Source: Lobosporangium transversale
Lineage: Eukaryota
Direction: 5' to 3'
Assembly (NCBI RefSeq): GCF_002105155.1
Contig: NW_019029002.1
Location: 248,001 to 312,000 of the forward strand
Length of the DNA stretch: 64,000 nt
In this document: positions 11,546 through 25,109 of the stretch, piece after piece
How the letters are laid out: each line of letters opens with the position of its first letter
Position numbering within the stretch: position 1 is the stretch's first letter
Notes under the pieces: generated by a model
Told to the model about the DNA's origin: nothing
The model's input: only the letters and a program-made list of their open reading frames with translations
Databases searched by the model: none
Position numbers and translations under genes: made by a program

Positions 11546-12960
11546 TTGAAAAGTTTAATCGCAAATAGGCGTATCATCCATCGAGATCTTGAGGATGCCA
11601 CAGTCAAAGTTGGTGTCAATGGCATGAGTGTAGCCATCCTTCACAAAGGCGAGCTTATCTTTGCTGGAGGATTTGACGAAAAAAATGACCATGACCCGTT
11701 CACTCCAGAGATACTTTTTTGCAATGGATTATTCATGCCACTTTTTTTTTTTTTTTTTTTTTTTTTTTGGTTCATCAATTGAGGGACAGAAAGCAGAAAT
11801 TCTATGTTAACGGCTTTGTTTTTTTGACATATGGCATGCATTTTCTCTGAAAACGATGATACATCTCAAGTATAGACAGTGTCTCTAACTGCTTCACTAA
11901 CGAAGGCGTTCACTGTAGCAACCGTCGGAGAACTTGTCGCCGAAGGGGCGATAGACTGAGACATCACCCCCTGTATCTCAGTACTCTCCTGATTCCCAAT
12001 TACAGGACCCAATCTTCATCTCTAAGCTGACCATCCAAGATCTTCTCTCTCATTTCATCGCTCAAGTTAACAATGATTACACTATTCTTCTCTTTGGATC
12101 TATGGGAAGGCAATAACTAATATTAACCCCCTAAATCCATATGGTTGAGTAGAGCATCTCGAATCAGGACACTATTTGGTTTCTAAGCCCTTTAACTCCC
12201 AAAGAACTTATTAAAGGTATCCATTATTTAGACCAGACATCAAGCTGCGACCCAACACGGTTTATAATAACGCTATGTATGCTGTAGCGGGAGAAGCAGT
12301 AGCAAACGTGGCAGGAATACCTTTGGAGAACTGGTTATGAACAAGTTCGTCAAGCCTCTTGATCTTCCCAATACCGGATATTCAGTTTCAAAAATGCTCA
12401 GAAAGCACAGTTCAAACTATGGAGCTCCTTTTGACGCCAGGATGCAAAGAATGCTAATTTTACACTACTACCCCTAGAAGGTATGACATCCAGGATGGCC
12501 GCTGTCGCAAACATGTACTCTAATGTACTGGATCTTGCTCGCTGATGCCATGAGAGTAAAAAGGAACTTTCCAAAACGTATTGAAAACAAGCCACTAACG
12601 CGCAGCATAAACGCCTGTGCAGACGTGTATATCCATCCTTACTGGGGCAACATGACTATCACTACCCAACCGACAGGCATCACCAGTGCTGGTGATCATT
12701 ATGATAAGGATAGGAAAGATGACTATGATGATGACGATCAAAAAATCTTGGCCGCCAAGTTCCACGTTTTTGAAAGTCCTCTAGATCATTATCATTATGA
12801 TTCATTCAAAACTCTGTTTGCTCGATCAACCTACACATTTGCGAGATTTTCATCTTTTTGACTGGTAAAGATGGCCATATCACAGATCTCAGTATAAATT
12901 TGAGTAACGAAGAGATTTTCGGGAAGAAGGTATAAGTGGTTTCTGGATGCCAAAAGCGAG
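11546..12960 (+). pseudogene. Serine hydrolase / beta-lactamase (AmpC/PBP-like) family pseudogene
   Basis: GVNGMSVAILHKGELIFAGGF; SxxK motif ASLTKAFT; AID*DITP with TGA at 11957-11959 where W is expected; frameshift into LTIQDLLSH; YxN motif YNNAMYAVAGE; C-terminal YIHPYWG..LDHYHYDSF. The first intron donor reads AT instead of GT at 11711. Confidence 0.85.
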
Positions 12961-14972
12961 CCTTAGAAAATAAGAAAGATATAAAAATCGTCAAATGGAA
13001 ATACATGTGAATAATCTGGGTTGGAATGGAGCTTAATGGTTAGGTTTTCGCCAATCCCTTAACCATTTTATCCTCTTCTATTTGCATAGTAATGATAATA
13101 ATATATAATAAAAAAACTAGCTGATATTGATGTTGAAGAATTAAATCCGAACGGAGTTTCGGAAGAACTGATCATCCATGGACAAAGGGTAGAGAGGCGT
13201 TGCGCAGAAAGTGAGACAAATAGGACTTTTGACCCAACGGAGTAATGGTATCCCCCTTGTCTTACGATAAACAATACATGTATATTTTTCTTCCTCAAAA
13301 GGACGCGTCTATTTTTATGTATTATCATGAACATTATCTTTCCAAGAATTCTATAGGATGCACAGATTGCACATGGGATCAAAAACAACAGTCGACAATT
13401 CGACAATAGAAGGCTTTCCTTTTTTTTTTTTTATCAGGCGGCTGTTGAGGCTGAATGAGACAAGCCTTTACGAATTTTCTTCTTGTGAAAGTGTTTTTCA
13501 AGCAAAATATCTCTCAAAGGCTCTGTCTAATGTCGGACTCAAATCATTGATGGTGGGACATGTCCAAACAATGTTTCACATCATTATATAATGAGCACTA
13601 GGATCAATTTATATTTATACTGTTCACAGAAAAATATACATCTTCTGTAATGTGTACATTATTAATCTTGTAAATGATACGATGGAGCAGTAAAAAGATC
13701 CAGCAGGGCATTCAATGATCAGCACGCGCGTTTCTTTACTGTCGGCTTTCTTTTCCAGAGGATGCAATGTCAGAATTTATTTTTTTTTTTTTGTTTGCTT
13801 TGTGTTTTATGAAGAATGTTCTGAATGCGCATGCATGATGGCTAATGATAGGATTGAATTTGATTGCCAAACCGAGTCTGAAGAGGACTAAATGAACCAC
13901 TAGTGAAGATCTACAAATATATAGTTGCTTAACCGCTTTGATAAAGGAGACAAAAAAAGGCATTCATGTAGTCGGGTATAATCAGACTCCAGTGGAGCCA
14001 GGGACCTCTCCAGCAAAATGTGAATCAATCACAAAAAAAAAAAAGGAGCCCAAGTATTTATTAAATTACTAAAGCATTGAAGTGTGATCCTTACACACAC
14101 TAAAAACAGAGCGTTTACCGTTCAGATGAGGGCTGCGCTTCTTTTTTCTTAACGCCAGAAAGGCGTTTCGCCATGTGTGTGTTTGTGAAAGGATGAGTCT
14201 GTTGACGCAGGATGATTGGGGATAGGGACCATCCAAAGTCGATAAAGAATAGTTAACGGATAGACATGTAGGTGAACCAGATCGCTGGATCCAAATGCCC
14301 AACTTCGATATTGAAAAAGAACGTGGCGAATAAAAAAAAATGATGTGAAGAGTATTTATTTTTATCATAGTTTAGATGAAAGACAATGGAATGGCATGAT
14401 ACATGAATAAATATAACACGCTTTGCTTACATGGTCATCGTCAATGCCCAATGAGTGCCAGGGGACTGAACAACGGTTTTTTTATTCCTTGGCGCTGGGT
14501 TTGTGGTCCTCCCTTTCTTTCCCACTTTTTTTTCATTTCAGCAAAAAGATGTTTGTTTAAATGTTTAGGTGAATCCCATCCTGTTCAAACTTCATCCCTC
14601 ACTTTTAATCTAATCCTCCATCCTCATTTTTCTTCTATACCCATATTAATTCCCCTCTCTAATGGCATTCTTCTAACAAGAATAGACCTCTACTCTTTCT
14701 CTCATCCCTTGCTTTCTTTCACACTCACATTCACATTCATACATACTCATACTCTCTCACACCCATCCTCTTACTCGCTCTCTCATACCCACACTCTCAC
14801 CTCCGGTCGAACACTTCATTCAACCGCCATCAACTCTAATCATTTCCTTCCTACACTCACACTCTCTCTTCTCTCTCTACTTCTACCACTACTTCAACCT
14901 ATCTTCTTACACCTACTTTTGACTTGTCAATTGTCTCGTCCAATTGTCAAGCAAGCTTAGCACTCTTTGACC

Positions 14973-17030
14973 ATGGTCAATCCCCTTCAAAAGATATACA
15001 ACCGTACTCCTTGGCAACAAAAACGATTGAGTGAGCCTCTGAACGACCCCAACTATGTACCGTATCCGCTCCAGCACTCCTCCATCTCTGAAGAAGGAGA
15101 TCAAACCCCTGACAACTATCAGGAGCAACTAAACGATCAGCCCTCGTCTTCAACATCACCTACCGCCAATCATCAATTACAACGGCAGGTGTCCATTGCA
15201 GAGCCATCCAGTAGCAGAAATGGTAATAACAACAACAGCAGCAGCAGCAACAACAGTAACAATAAGGACAATGATAATGCATCTCAACCGATAAGACGGG
15301 TCATGACCAGAGCCGACACAAAGATCTCTCTCCGAAAGTCTAAAAAGGACTCACGACGGGTCTTTGTCAACGTTCCACCATCTGCGCAGTATCTCGACAA
15401 AAATGGCGCTCCCAAGACCACCTATGGATCCAATCGTATCAACACTGCAAAATATTCAACGCTCACTTTCCTACCTAAAAACTTGTTTGAACAATTCCGC
15501 CGCGTCGCCAATATGTTCTTCTTGTTCATGGCCATCATACAATTGACACCCCTTTTCACTGTCGGCTCGCCCTTCTTGACCGTCTTCCCACTCTGCTTTG
15601 TTGTTGGTGTCACCGCCATCAAAGACGGCTTTGAGGACTACAAACGACATGTCGAGGACCGCAATTTTAACCAGCGGCTGTGTCTGCAACTTAAAAATGT
15701 GGTCAATTACAACTACACGACTCAGGAATACCTCGATAAACAAAGACAGCGTGGCTTTTTGGCCAGGGCCTGGAGCACCCTTACTAGTGGACTCCGAGGT
15801 GGTACAAAAAGGACGTCTAGGGCACTCAATCTCTCCAAGAAACCAACCCGCGAAGAGTCACCGCAATTGGACACCCAAAATTTCGGTCTCCCCGAAGACG
15901 ATAGTCTTAGTCAACAAACAGATAAACACTCACACCAACTGCCCGATGGCTCTCCCACACCCCAGCCAGAGTTTGTCAAGGAGCAATGGCATAACCTTCG
16001 TGTTGGTGACTTCATCATGCTCAAGAATAATCAAGCTGTACCAGCAGATGCCATCATCCTCGCTACATCCGAAGCAGAAGGCTCGTGCTTTATTGAAACA
16101 AAAGATTTGGATGGCGAAACAAACTTGAAGACCAGAATGTCGGTTCATGAAACCTCCAAATACAATACGGCTCGTCGCTGTAGTCGGCTAAAATGTTATA
16201 TTGATATGGAACCCATCAATGCCAACTTATTCTCGTTCAACGGATCGCTCACCATGATTGCTAAGAGGAGAAGTCCCAATAATGATCAAGGCACAGGTGG
16301 GGCTGCAGGACGATATGGTAACAAGCGATATAGCCACTATGCTCCCTCCATCACTTCTAGCATGATGTCGAGCGTCCGTGGATCTATGGATGATGGCCGT
16401 GACCACTGGGATGAGCACTTGAACAGCAATTCTGAAGGTGCTGATACACAATTCCCAGCACAAAGCGGCACGAGTGCTTCAGACTACGCGCGCTTGCACA
16501 AGAGCCGTAGTGCGAAGCGCCGTTCCAGGGCTTCAGAATCAGCAGAGCATCCAGCTTCGAACACTGCCATCTCTAGTGGCAAGCAGGAATATGAGGAACC
16601 AGCGGAGATGATTCATGATGAGCAGCCATCATCCTCATTACATCCCAGTTTACCGAAGCGCCATAGTTTGTACCGATCGTCGACAGGCATGAGTACTGGA
16701 GGTGCAAGTGAGATGGCCAAGAATGTTCTTAAGGCAAATCATGAGCAGCAATTGCAACAGCATCAGCAAGATGGTCATGATCTCCACCGAGTGCGCTCTT
16801 CTCGCCATGCTCAACGCAGTAGTAGCAATTTTGGAACCACGGCCCAGTATAAGGAGACCACTATTCCTGTGGATATTAACAACATGCTGCTACGTGGTCA
16901 TGTTATCCGTAATACCCATTGGGTTATCGCTGTCATTGTTGCTACTGGAACCGAGACCAAGATTATGTTGAACTCTGGCGAAACACCGAGTAAGCGAAGC
17001 CGTATCGAGAAAACTATGAATATTCAGGTA

Positions 17031-17066
<36 letters not shown>

Positions 17067-17108
17067 TCAATGGATATGAAATTTATGTTGTATGGATTCT
17101 AATGCTGC

Positions 17109-17148
<40 letters not shown>

Positions 17149-17459
17149 CATACAATGATAGGTTGCACTTAATTTTGGGATCCTACTCTTGCTCTGCATT
17201 GTTTGTGCGATTGGCTCAACGATCTACGACCGAAAGTGGCGAGGCACGACTGCAGAGGAGTTATGGGACAGATCGACTCGTGGCATAGTGACTGAGGGCG
17301 TGATTACTTTCTTGTAAGTGGGATAAAATCTATTTTTTTTTTTTTTTTTTTTGACAGTCCAGAGAAACGATTAATATTTTTGGGCTTTGCTCAGCACAAT
17401 TCTACATACGCATGATGAAATTAATTGCCGAGCTAATGGAATTTAATGCCCTAACGGAT

Positions 17460-17490
<31 letters not shown>

Positions 17491-20400
17491 GTACGAGCTT
17501 GATTATCTTTCAAAACATCATCCCAATTTCGTTGTATATCTCTATTGAGTTTGTCAAGACCTTCCAAGCATATTTCATCTGGCAGGATAGTGACATGTAT
17601 GATATCGATCTGGACCAGTTCTGTACCCCAAAAACTGTAAGTTTACTTTAATTAAATTTGTTATTTTCCTACGTGTTATGTATCCTTAAATATATCGCTG
17701 ACAATCAATACCTCTCTTTTTTTGCTTTTTTTTTTTAATTTTTGTTGCTGTTAGTGGAATTTGACCGATGACTTGGGTCAGATTGAGTACGTGTTCTCGG
17801 ACAAAACAGGAACTTTAACTAGAAATATTATGGAGTTCAAGAAATGTTCTATCAATGGCAAGATCTATGGTAACAATGCGGTCTCTGGAAAGACTGATGC
17901 AGAAAAAGGTGTCGAGTTAATGAACAGTGGTATGGAGCCTGGCCAACAGGATGAAAGTGGAGAGAGCAGTGCACAGCATCAGGAGAAGCAAAAGAAAGAT
18001 GATGGTAAAGATGCTGTCTTGAAGGAATATGATCAAGAGATCCGTAAGATCTTTGAACCCGTTTACATGGATCCAGTTGAGAGCTTATCCTTTGCCGATC
18101 CGGACCTTCTACGTGATATGGATGTTCAGAGAGGAGGCACTACCTCTAATACCACCAATAGTACTAATAGAGAAGGTAGCAGCTCAACCTCAAATCAGCA
18201 TGTGACATCTGGTAATAAGGGACAAGAAGTGGCTCATGATGGCTCGCCAGCTAGCAACATCCGTGATTTCTTCACGTTGCTTGCTCTTTGCCACACTGTT
18301 GTGGTGGAGCAGCCTGAGGAAGAAATCCAGGATGATGAAGATGACGAATACGGCATTTACGAAGACCAAGACGACTCTAACAATGGAGATTTAAACGGTG
18401 AACGAAAAGGAGGATTGCACTTTGGTCTTCGTGAGAAGCTTAAGCAAAAAGCGGAAGCTGCGGGTCTGTCTGTCCCTGGAGCAAGCGGCTCAGCGGCCAA
18501 TCAGGGCTCTGGCAAGAGAAGCCGTGCCAACTCCAACGCGAATCCAGGTCCAGCGGCGACACCCAGTTCCAATAATGGACTGAAGCAACAGCACAACAAT
18601 GGATCAAGTAGTTCAGTGGATGAGCAGGGCAAGGCCACGGCCATGCTCCGATACCGTGCTGAGTCACCTGACGAGGCCGCCTTGGTCTCCGCAGCTAAGA
18701 ATGTTGGATTTACGTTTGTCTCTCGCGGCGCAGTTTCTACTGGTGCAGACAATAGTGGTGAAAAATCTGGGTCTAAAGGAGCGGGTAATTCTCGGCAGAA
18801 TGTCAATGTCAACTTTTTGGGCCAGGATCATACCTATGAACAGTTAGATGTGATAAAGTTCAACTCAACTCGTAAGCGTATGACAGTCATTGTACGAGAG
18901 CCTCAAGAGTTGGGTGGCAGGATCTTGTTGTTAACTAAAGGAGCCGATAATGTCATCTTTGAACGTTTGCGTCAAGGTGATGATGATCAGGAGCTGCGTG
19001 ATCAGACTGAGCATGATATTGAGACATTCAGTAACATGGGACTGCGTACATTGACGTTGGCACAGAGGGTTCTAGATGAGAAGACTTACCTTGCTTGGTC
19101 TACCAAGTATGCTGAGGCTGGAAAGGCATTAGAGGATCGTGCCAAAAAGGTGGATCAGGTTGCAGAGGAGATTGAGAAGGATCTAACACTTATTGGTGCT
19201 ACTGCCATTGAAGACAAGCTTCAGGATGGTGTTCCCGACAGTATTGCAGCTTTAAGACAGGCTGGCATCAAGGTCTGGGTCCTGACTGGAGACAAGCTCG
19301 AGACTGCCATTAACATTGGTTTTGCATCAAGACTGCTCGAAAAGGATATGAAATTGGAGATCATGAAGATGGGACGGAATGAATCTCCCGAACAGGTTCT
19401 AAAGCGGTTCAAAGTATTGGTAGAGGGCGTCATGAATGGTCATGGCAGTGCTGAAGAACACGCCTTAGCAGACTTTACATCCAAGACTACTAAGGACGAG
19501 AGCGACCACCATCAGGGTGCACAACAGAATCAGCGCGAACAACAACCTCTCTCCTCCTCGTCGACCGCACAACCAGCTCAACCATATGCTGTCTCGAATG
19601 GAAACTCATGGGATGAAAAACATCTTCCACCAACCCCTTCCGATGCCTCACTCCTTCATGACCCTCACCGCCAGGAAAATCATCAAGCACAACACGCATT
19701 GATTGTAGATGGTTCTGCACTCAAGATATTGCTTGACGATCCGGATGCTCGCAAGGATTTGATCCGATTGTCAGATGTATGCTTCTCTGTCATCTGCTGT
19801 CGTGCTTCACCTCTGCAGAAGGCTTTGGTTGTGGAACTGATCCGACGTGGCAAGAAGACTGTTTGTTTGGCAATTGGTGATGGAGCCAACGATGTGTCCA
19901 TGATCCAAGCAGCTAACATTGGAGTTGGTATTGCAGGACAGGAAGGTATGCAAGCTGCCATGGCCTCAGATTACTCAATCACACAGTTCCGATTCATCCG
20001 TAAGCTGGTCCTTGTTCATGGTCATTGGGGCTACATGCGGATTGCCGAGATGATCTTGAACTTCTTTTTCAAAAATGTTCTCTGGGTTGCTGCCGTGCTT
20101 TGGTTCCAGATTTATTGCGGGTAAGCTTTTTTTTTTTTTCTTTTTTTTTTTTTTTCTTTTTTTTTTTTTTCTTTTTCTTTTTTGGCATTCCAAGCGATAA
20201 CATTTATTTATTGTATTATCTATATGTTCGTTTCTTTGTAGTTTTTCGGCAATGCTCTTCTACGACTACACATTTGTGTCCCTATATAACTTGATGCTCA
20301 CAGCGGTCCCTGTCCTTGTACTTGGTGCCACAGACCAAGACTTGATTGCTCCTTATATTCTCCGATTCCCAGGCGTATACAAGCTGGGTATTCACCAAAA

Positions 20401-21475
20401 GCGATATAACCAATTCCGATTTGCTGCCTATATGCTCGATGGCGTTTGGCAGTCCCTGATTGTTTTTTGGTTCTGGCGTGGTGTCTATGAAGTGAATCTG
20501 TTGGGCCGCTCCGGCATTGACGGCTCCTTACTTGAACTCTCGACCTCAGTTGCGATCACGAATGTGGTGATTGCTTCGTTGTATGTTGGGCTGCATACTT
20601 ACCATTGGACATGGTTAATGCATTTTGCAGTCTGGGGCTCGATTGCATTCCTGGTCCTCATGATTTTGATTTATGGGGAATTCACAGCCTCACCAATCTA
20701 TCATGTCGCAACCCAGCTCTTTAGTCAAGGCCCATTCTGGTTCATGCTGATCCTTGCGGTGATAACAGCATTCTTGTTGCGGTACACGGTCTTATTCATA
20801 AGCTTCTGGTGGTTCCCAGATGATGTCCATACAGTCCGAGGAATCATGATCGCAGAGAAACAGAATGCAAAGCAAAAGCACGTCAAATGGACGGGCCTTG
20901 GTGATGATGGTATGCAACCTCAAGAACAGTCAGAGCAAGAGAAGGCTATCTTGAAGAAGGAGGATGAGAAGAGGGCCATTAAAGAAGCAGAGAAGGCAGA
21001 AAAGAAGGCAGAAAAGGAAGCTCGCAAGAATGGTGGGCAACCGCAACAGGATACAAATGGCAACCGCAACGGTAACGATCAGCCCTATGACCTGACCATG
21101 GTTAGGATCAATGTCAATGACCATGAACATCACTCCCAGGAACCATCTTCAAGCCCTTACGGTGCTGCGGGTGTTATGGTATCTCCAGGAGTGTCGCAAG
21201 CTCGTAAGCAAAGCCCACTTGAAATCCAACAACAGCTGTTACAAGCTCAGAATGAACAGCGTGAACGACTCGCAACCTCTGGAGAGCTTCACCTTTCTCC
21301 AGACGACCCAGAATTCCCTCATAACAAGAGGACATCGTCTTACAACAATGTGAACTCATTGCAGAGCAAGCCTGCAGCACTACCACCAATCCCTTCACCT
21401 TCACTACCATCATTACCAGACATGTCATCTGAAACCATCCCCTCAAATCAATCACCCTCTACTACCAACAACTAA
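14973..21475 (+). CDS. P4-type ATPase (phospholipid flippase), Dnf1/Dnf2-like; join(14973..17027,17162..17313,17492..17636,17755..20120,20242..21475)
   Basis: Motifs LDGETNLK, TM4 FQNIIPISLY, phosphorylation site SDKTGTLT, AESPDEAALV, FNSTRKRM, KGADNVI, VLTGDK and GDGANDVSMIQ. Four GT-AG introns splice in frame. Confidence 0.95.
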
Positions 21476-21709
21476 CATTTGACAGCTCAACAATTACAGT
21501 AGATATGATATTCAACTAATCGATAAAAAAAAAAAAAAAAAAAAAAAGGCAGATGCGACATGACGAACTTTGTAAAAGGAGGATAATAATAATTTTATGA
21601 GGCAAGCGGATGATCCTTTTAGTAACGACCCTTTCTCACTAATTACAGCCATCACTATCACTTCATATCTCAAGTATTATGTAACGACTAGTAGTAAAAA
21701 ATAAAAAGT

Positions 21710-22012
21710 TTATAAATAAAAGATTAACAATTCTGAAGAATGAGGCTGCTTAGTGTTATTACAGGTCTTGGTCAGGCCATCATCTGTGTAGTCGATAACC
21801 TCGACCTTGATAGTATAATAAATGGGGTCAATTAGCATAGCTACATCTGAGCTGTGGAAAGCAGCAGCAGCAGCAGGAACCAGAGAGGCAGCAGGGGCCA
21901 GAGTGGCAACAGAAGCAGGGACAGGAGCAGCGGCAATTGGACCGATTAGATGAGAGATATGAGCCTGATGCGATACGGCGAAGTGGAGCCGTTTAACAGT
22001 ATTCCAGAACAT
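21710..22012 (-). CDS. Small (100 aa) Ala/Pro-rich hypothetical protein
   Basis: ATG-initiated ORF with a presequence-like N-terminus (MFWNTVKRLHFAVSHQAH) and an acidic segment (EVIDYTDDG). TATAAAA on the minus strand at 22104-22110. Confidence 0.5.
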   Translation of the reverse strand: MFWNTVKRLHFAVSHQAHISHLIGPIAAAPVPASVATLAPAASLVPAAAAAFHSSDVAMLIDPIYYTIKVEVIDYTDDGLTKTCNNTKQPHSSELLIFYL

Positions 22013-22216
22013 TGCGAAAGTTCCTTATAAACGATGGAAGGTATAGGAGATTAAAGTGTAGGAGAATGAGAGGATTGGGGACTAAGAATAAGACAATATA
22101 TCCTTTTATAGTGCTTTGGAGGGCATACAGAATAACCGAAAGACCAAAACGCGAGAGTTCGCCCAGCCGGTAGAGACTCATACCGATATCGGTATTAGTC
22201 AATTATAAGCCTACCA

Positions 22217-23074
22217 CTTTATAAACCTTTTGTAATTGATAGCGGACTAACCAAGAATGGCAGCGGTAAGACATCGGTATGAGCCTCTGGCCCCAGCCCG
22301 CTTTGAAGTCTAGAATGTAGCACAAACCATGTGAGCCGCGCAAACATGGTAGATATACCCTCTAGGCATCCGCTAGTGATACTCGGTGACTCAAAGCGGG
22401 AGTCTAGGTTGCTTGTGAGAGCTTGAATTATCTGTAAGAGGAACAGAAGCAGTCACATTGGAGAGATATCATTAGATGCAAGGATCCAGACCGCAGTGAC
22501 CGACTGGTTGGGAAGGAAACGGCTTATGCACTTGAGTGCTGCCTGGGCCAGACTTGGGTGGTTGTTTGAATCCAAGTCCCCCACGAAATACTGAGCAAAG
22601 GCCCGCACCAACTTTTGCCGTAGAAGTTCCCCCCGACCCTCTTTGAGATAAATATGCAGTATTTGGTAGGCCGAAAAGTGTGACTACGTGTCCCTGACCC
22701 CCAACAGCGCCAAGACTCTCTCCACAGAGACCCAGGTCCTCCGGATAGCTGTTACACCCACTTCTGATGATATGAGGACTCACCTCTAGGTTGCCAAGCA
22801 TACGCTCCCAGCTTGGGACACGTACCGGAGCCGGCGGTTTGAAGGTGCCTTTCAACTTGTCAGCCGGCTCTTCCCTCGGCTCTTGGAAAGTGAAGGCGAC
22901 GTGTTTTGGTGGAGTGATGGGCTGCTCCAGTGTCGCGTCCTCAGCCTTCCTCTTCTTGCTTGTTGATGAACCTGGATCTTTCGTACCATGGCTAGTGCTA
23001 CCAGCCGCCACCAGTCGACGTCTCTTTGAGTTGGCTACTTGTTCAAGCATCGCATTTTCCACCTCTCTTTTCAT
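22217..23074 (-). CDS. Hypothetical protein with basic NLS-like motifs, possibly two exons
   Basis: MKREVENAMLEQVANSKRRRL...KKRKAED. A possible gtcggt..ttacag intron near 22432-22505 joins in phase 0 to a 70-codon open frame ending in TAA near 22217. TATA-like element near 23215. Confidence 0.4.
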
Positions 23075-24139
23075 GTTTGTGAATGTGTCATGGTGTTGAA
23101 GGGGTATGTATATATGATGGGAAAAAGGGGCTCTCTTTGAAAGGAAAAAGAGTGATGTAGAAGATGGAGAGTGCAAGAGAAGGGGAATGCGATAAACAGA
23201 AGAAGTAGGACGCGTTTATAAGAAAGGAAATAAAAAGAAGTGAGATAGGAAAAGGGATAAAAGAAGTGAGAAATTGATGGCAAGCATGTGGATTCAGGAT
23301 CTTTGGGCTGTCTTTGTTCTATTGGCTGATTTTTTTCGCATGCCTCCAGACATTTGGCTGGTGAATGGGAATAAAGAAAGGACAATAAAATAATGCGATC
23401 GTATATAATGTAGTAATATATCCAGAGAAAGGATGATAGGTGTCTGATTATCACTATTTCCCACTGTCCGAATAAAGATTTAACAAGCATTTTAAACAAA
23501 GTGTCCGTACACACCCCTTTGTATAAATGCATGATGGAGTAGCAAACATGGTAGATGATGCTTTTGCCAAACTCTTCCCCATCAACGTAACCGCTCTTCC
23601 ACTACTGGGCTGACAGTCTTGTTTGGCGATGTCATCGTTGCTGCTACCGTATCCGTTACTATTGTTGTTCCTTTTGGAAAGGAGGACTCTTCTCTCTTTG
23701 TGCCGTAGTCGCCGCCATTATAGCATATTTGAGCGTTTTGTCTGATTGAAATAGGCTAAATTCGTTTTTCAAATGCATTTGTTAACGGAAAGAAAAAAAA
23801 GCCATTGACCGAAATATGGAATAAACTTTATCTGAGCTATGTAGTCGAATAACACATATCTTGAGAAGCAACTCAATCTAGTTATTTATTCATGATTGCT
23901 ATCTCGCAGACATTACGTCCATCAGTGCATTCATTTTTGTAATCAACAGAATGGCATCAGTCATAATTTCGATGCTGTTCGAGAAAACACACAAATATTA
24001 GCTACCATTTCTTGAAATTGTTTAAATATCTACCTTCCAAATCATTCGAGGAATTTGATCAGGACCCTCCGGAATGAGCTGATCTCAATGACGCAGAATG
24101 TACGGAGTTTGGATTTGCTGTCCGGGAGTATTTTCGGCT

Positions 24140-24610
24140 CGAAGATAGCCCTCAGTTACACTTGGAGAGCCGTTATAGGTCCTATGATATCCGTTTCGAT
24201 CGCTCATTAACGATGACACGATGGTAGCTCCGCCTGCAGAAGAATTAGTTTTATTTACAAAAAAGGTCCTGATTTCCTTGATAAGCACATCCTAGGAAAA
24301 CCCCATGAGCTTTTTCGGCGTTTAGAAGAAAAAAAAAAAAAAAAAAAAAGTATTGATTTGTATAAGCATCTAGACAGAATGAAGTCCAATGTCCAGTCCC
24401 TTGCTAATGTTGGCTCAATAATTTCAAAGGATACAAATACACAAGAGAATTCATAAGAAAAAAAAACGCAGGAATATCGGCGATGCAAACGAACCTGCCT
24501 GCCACTCCTTCGATCTCATTGAGCACGATATTGAGAACGCTGTGACAGGTTCGCTGCTCAGCAGCCTGAATATTTTTAAACCAATAGGATTCATCAAGAG
24601 ACCTTGAGTG
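24140..24610 (+). pseudogene. Decayed gene fragment X1 (unknown family), paralogous to X2 at 34200-34570
   Basis: The plus-frame tail SFDLIEHDIENAVTGSLLSSLNIF matches SLDLIERDIGQVTAGSLLRVLDIF at ~34465-34540. DNA shares gatct.attgagc.cgatattg and caggttcgctgctcag. Confidence 0.5.
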
Positions 24611-25109
24611 AAGCGATGGTAAAGAATTATCTACAGATGAAGATGGAGACAGTAAGGCAGAGCCCATAAAGAGAAGCGCTGTGGTCACCATGGCGTTTAC
24701 AAGCCACACTAGGCGATTTATTCTCGCGATTGTAAAACAGACACCGCAGACGCTAAGGTGTTTTATCTTTTGAATTTTATTTTGTTATTATCATTGTGGT
24801 TATCATCCCAAAATGCCTCTAGGCATGGGGTCGGGTCGAATCAATTTTTAGCTTCTAATATTTGATACAAAATGAAGTGGACTCACTCTAAGCCATTATA
24901 CAGTTAGAATAAGCGGAACAAAACAAAGCCTGCAAACCATTTATTATACATATTAAATAATACGCCTTTTGAAGCTTTCATAGGTATATCTATCCTGTAG
25001 AATATGCTATTTCTTGATGTTTCGATACTATTAGATTGATATGATCTACTCTAATTGTATGTGAAGGAGGGAGATAAGGAGGCGATGCCAAAAGAATTTG
25101 CTTTCATTT

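Noticed and set aside
13100..13720. Exon-like plus-strand fragments (KLADIDVEELNPNGVSEELIIHGQR..)
   Set aside because: Stops in every joined frame and no recognisable family; possibly a relic, but unsupported.
14403..14960. 185-aa ORF upstream of the flippase
   Set aside because: CT/CA-rich promoter and 5' UTR composition with no protein motif.
24404..24709. Minus-strand ORF with a signal-peptide-like start
   Set aside because: The paralogous segment at 34.5 kb conserves the plus-strand frame, so this is probably antisense to relic X1.
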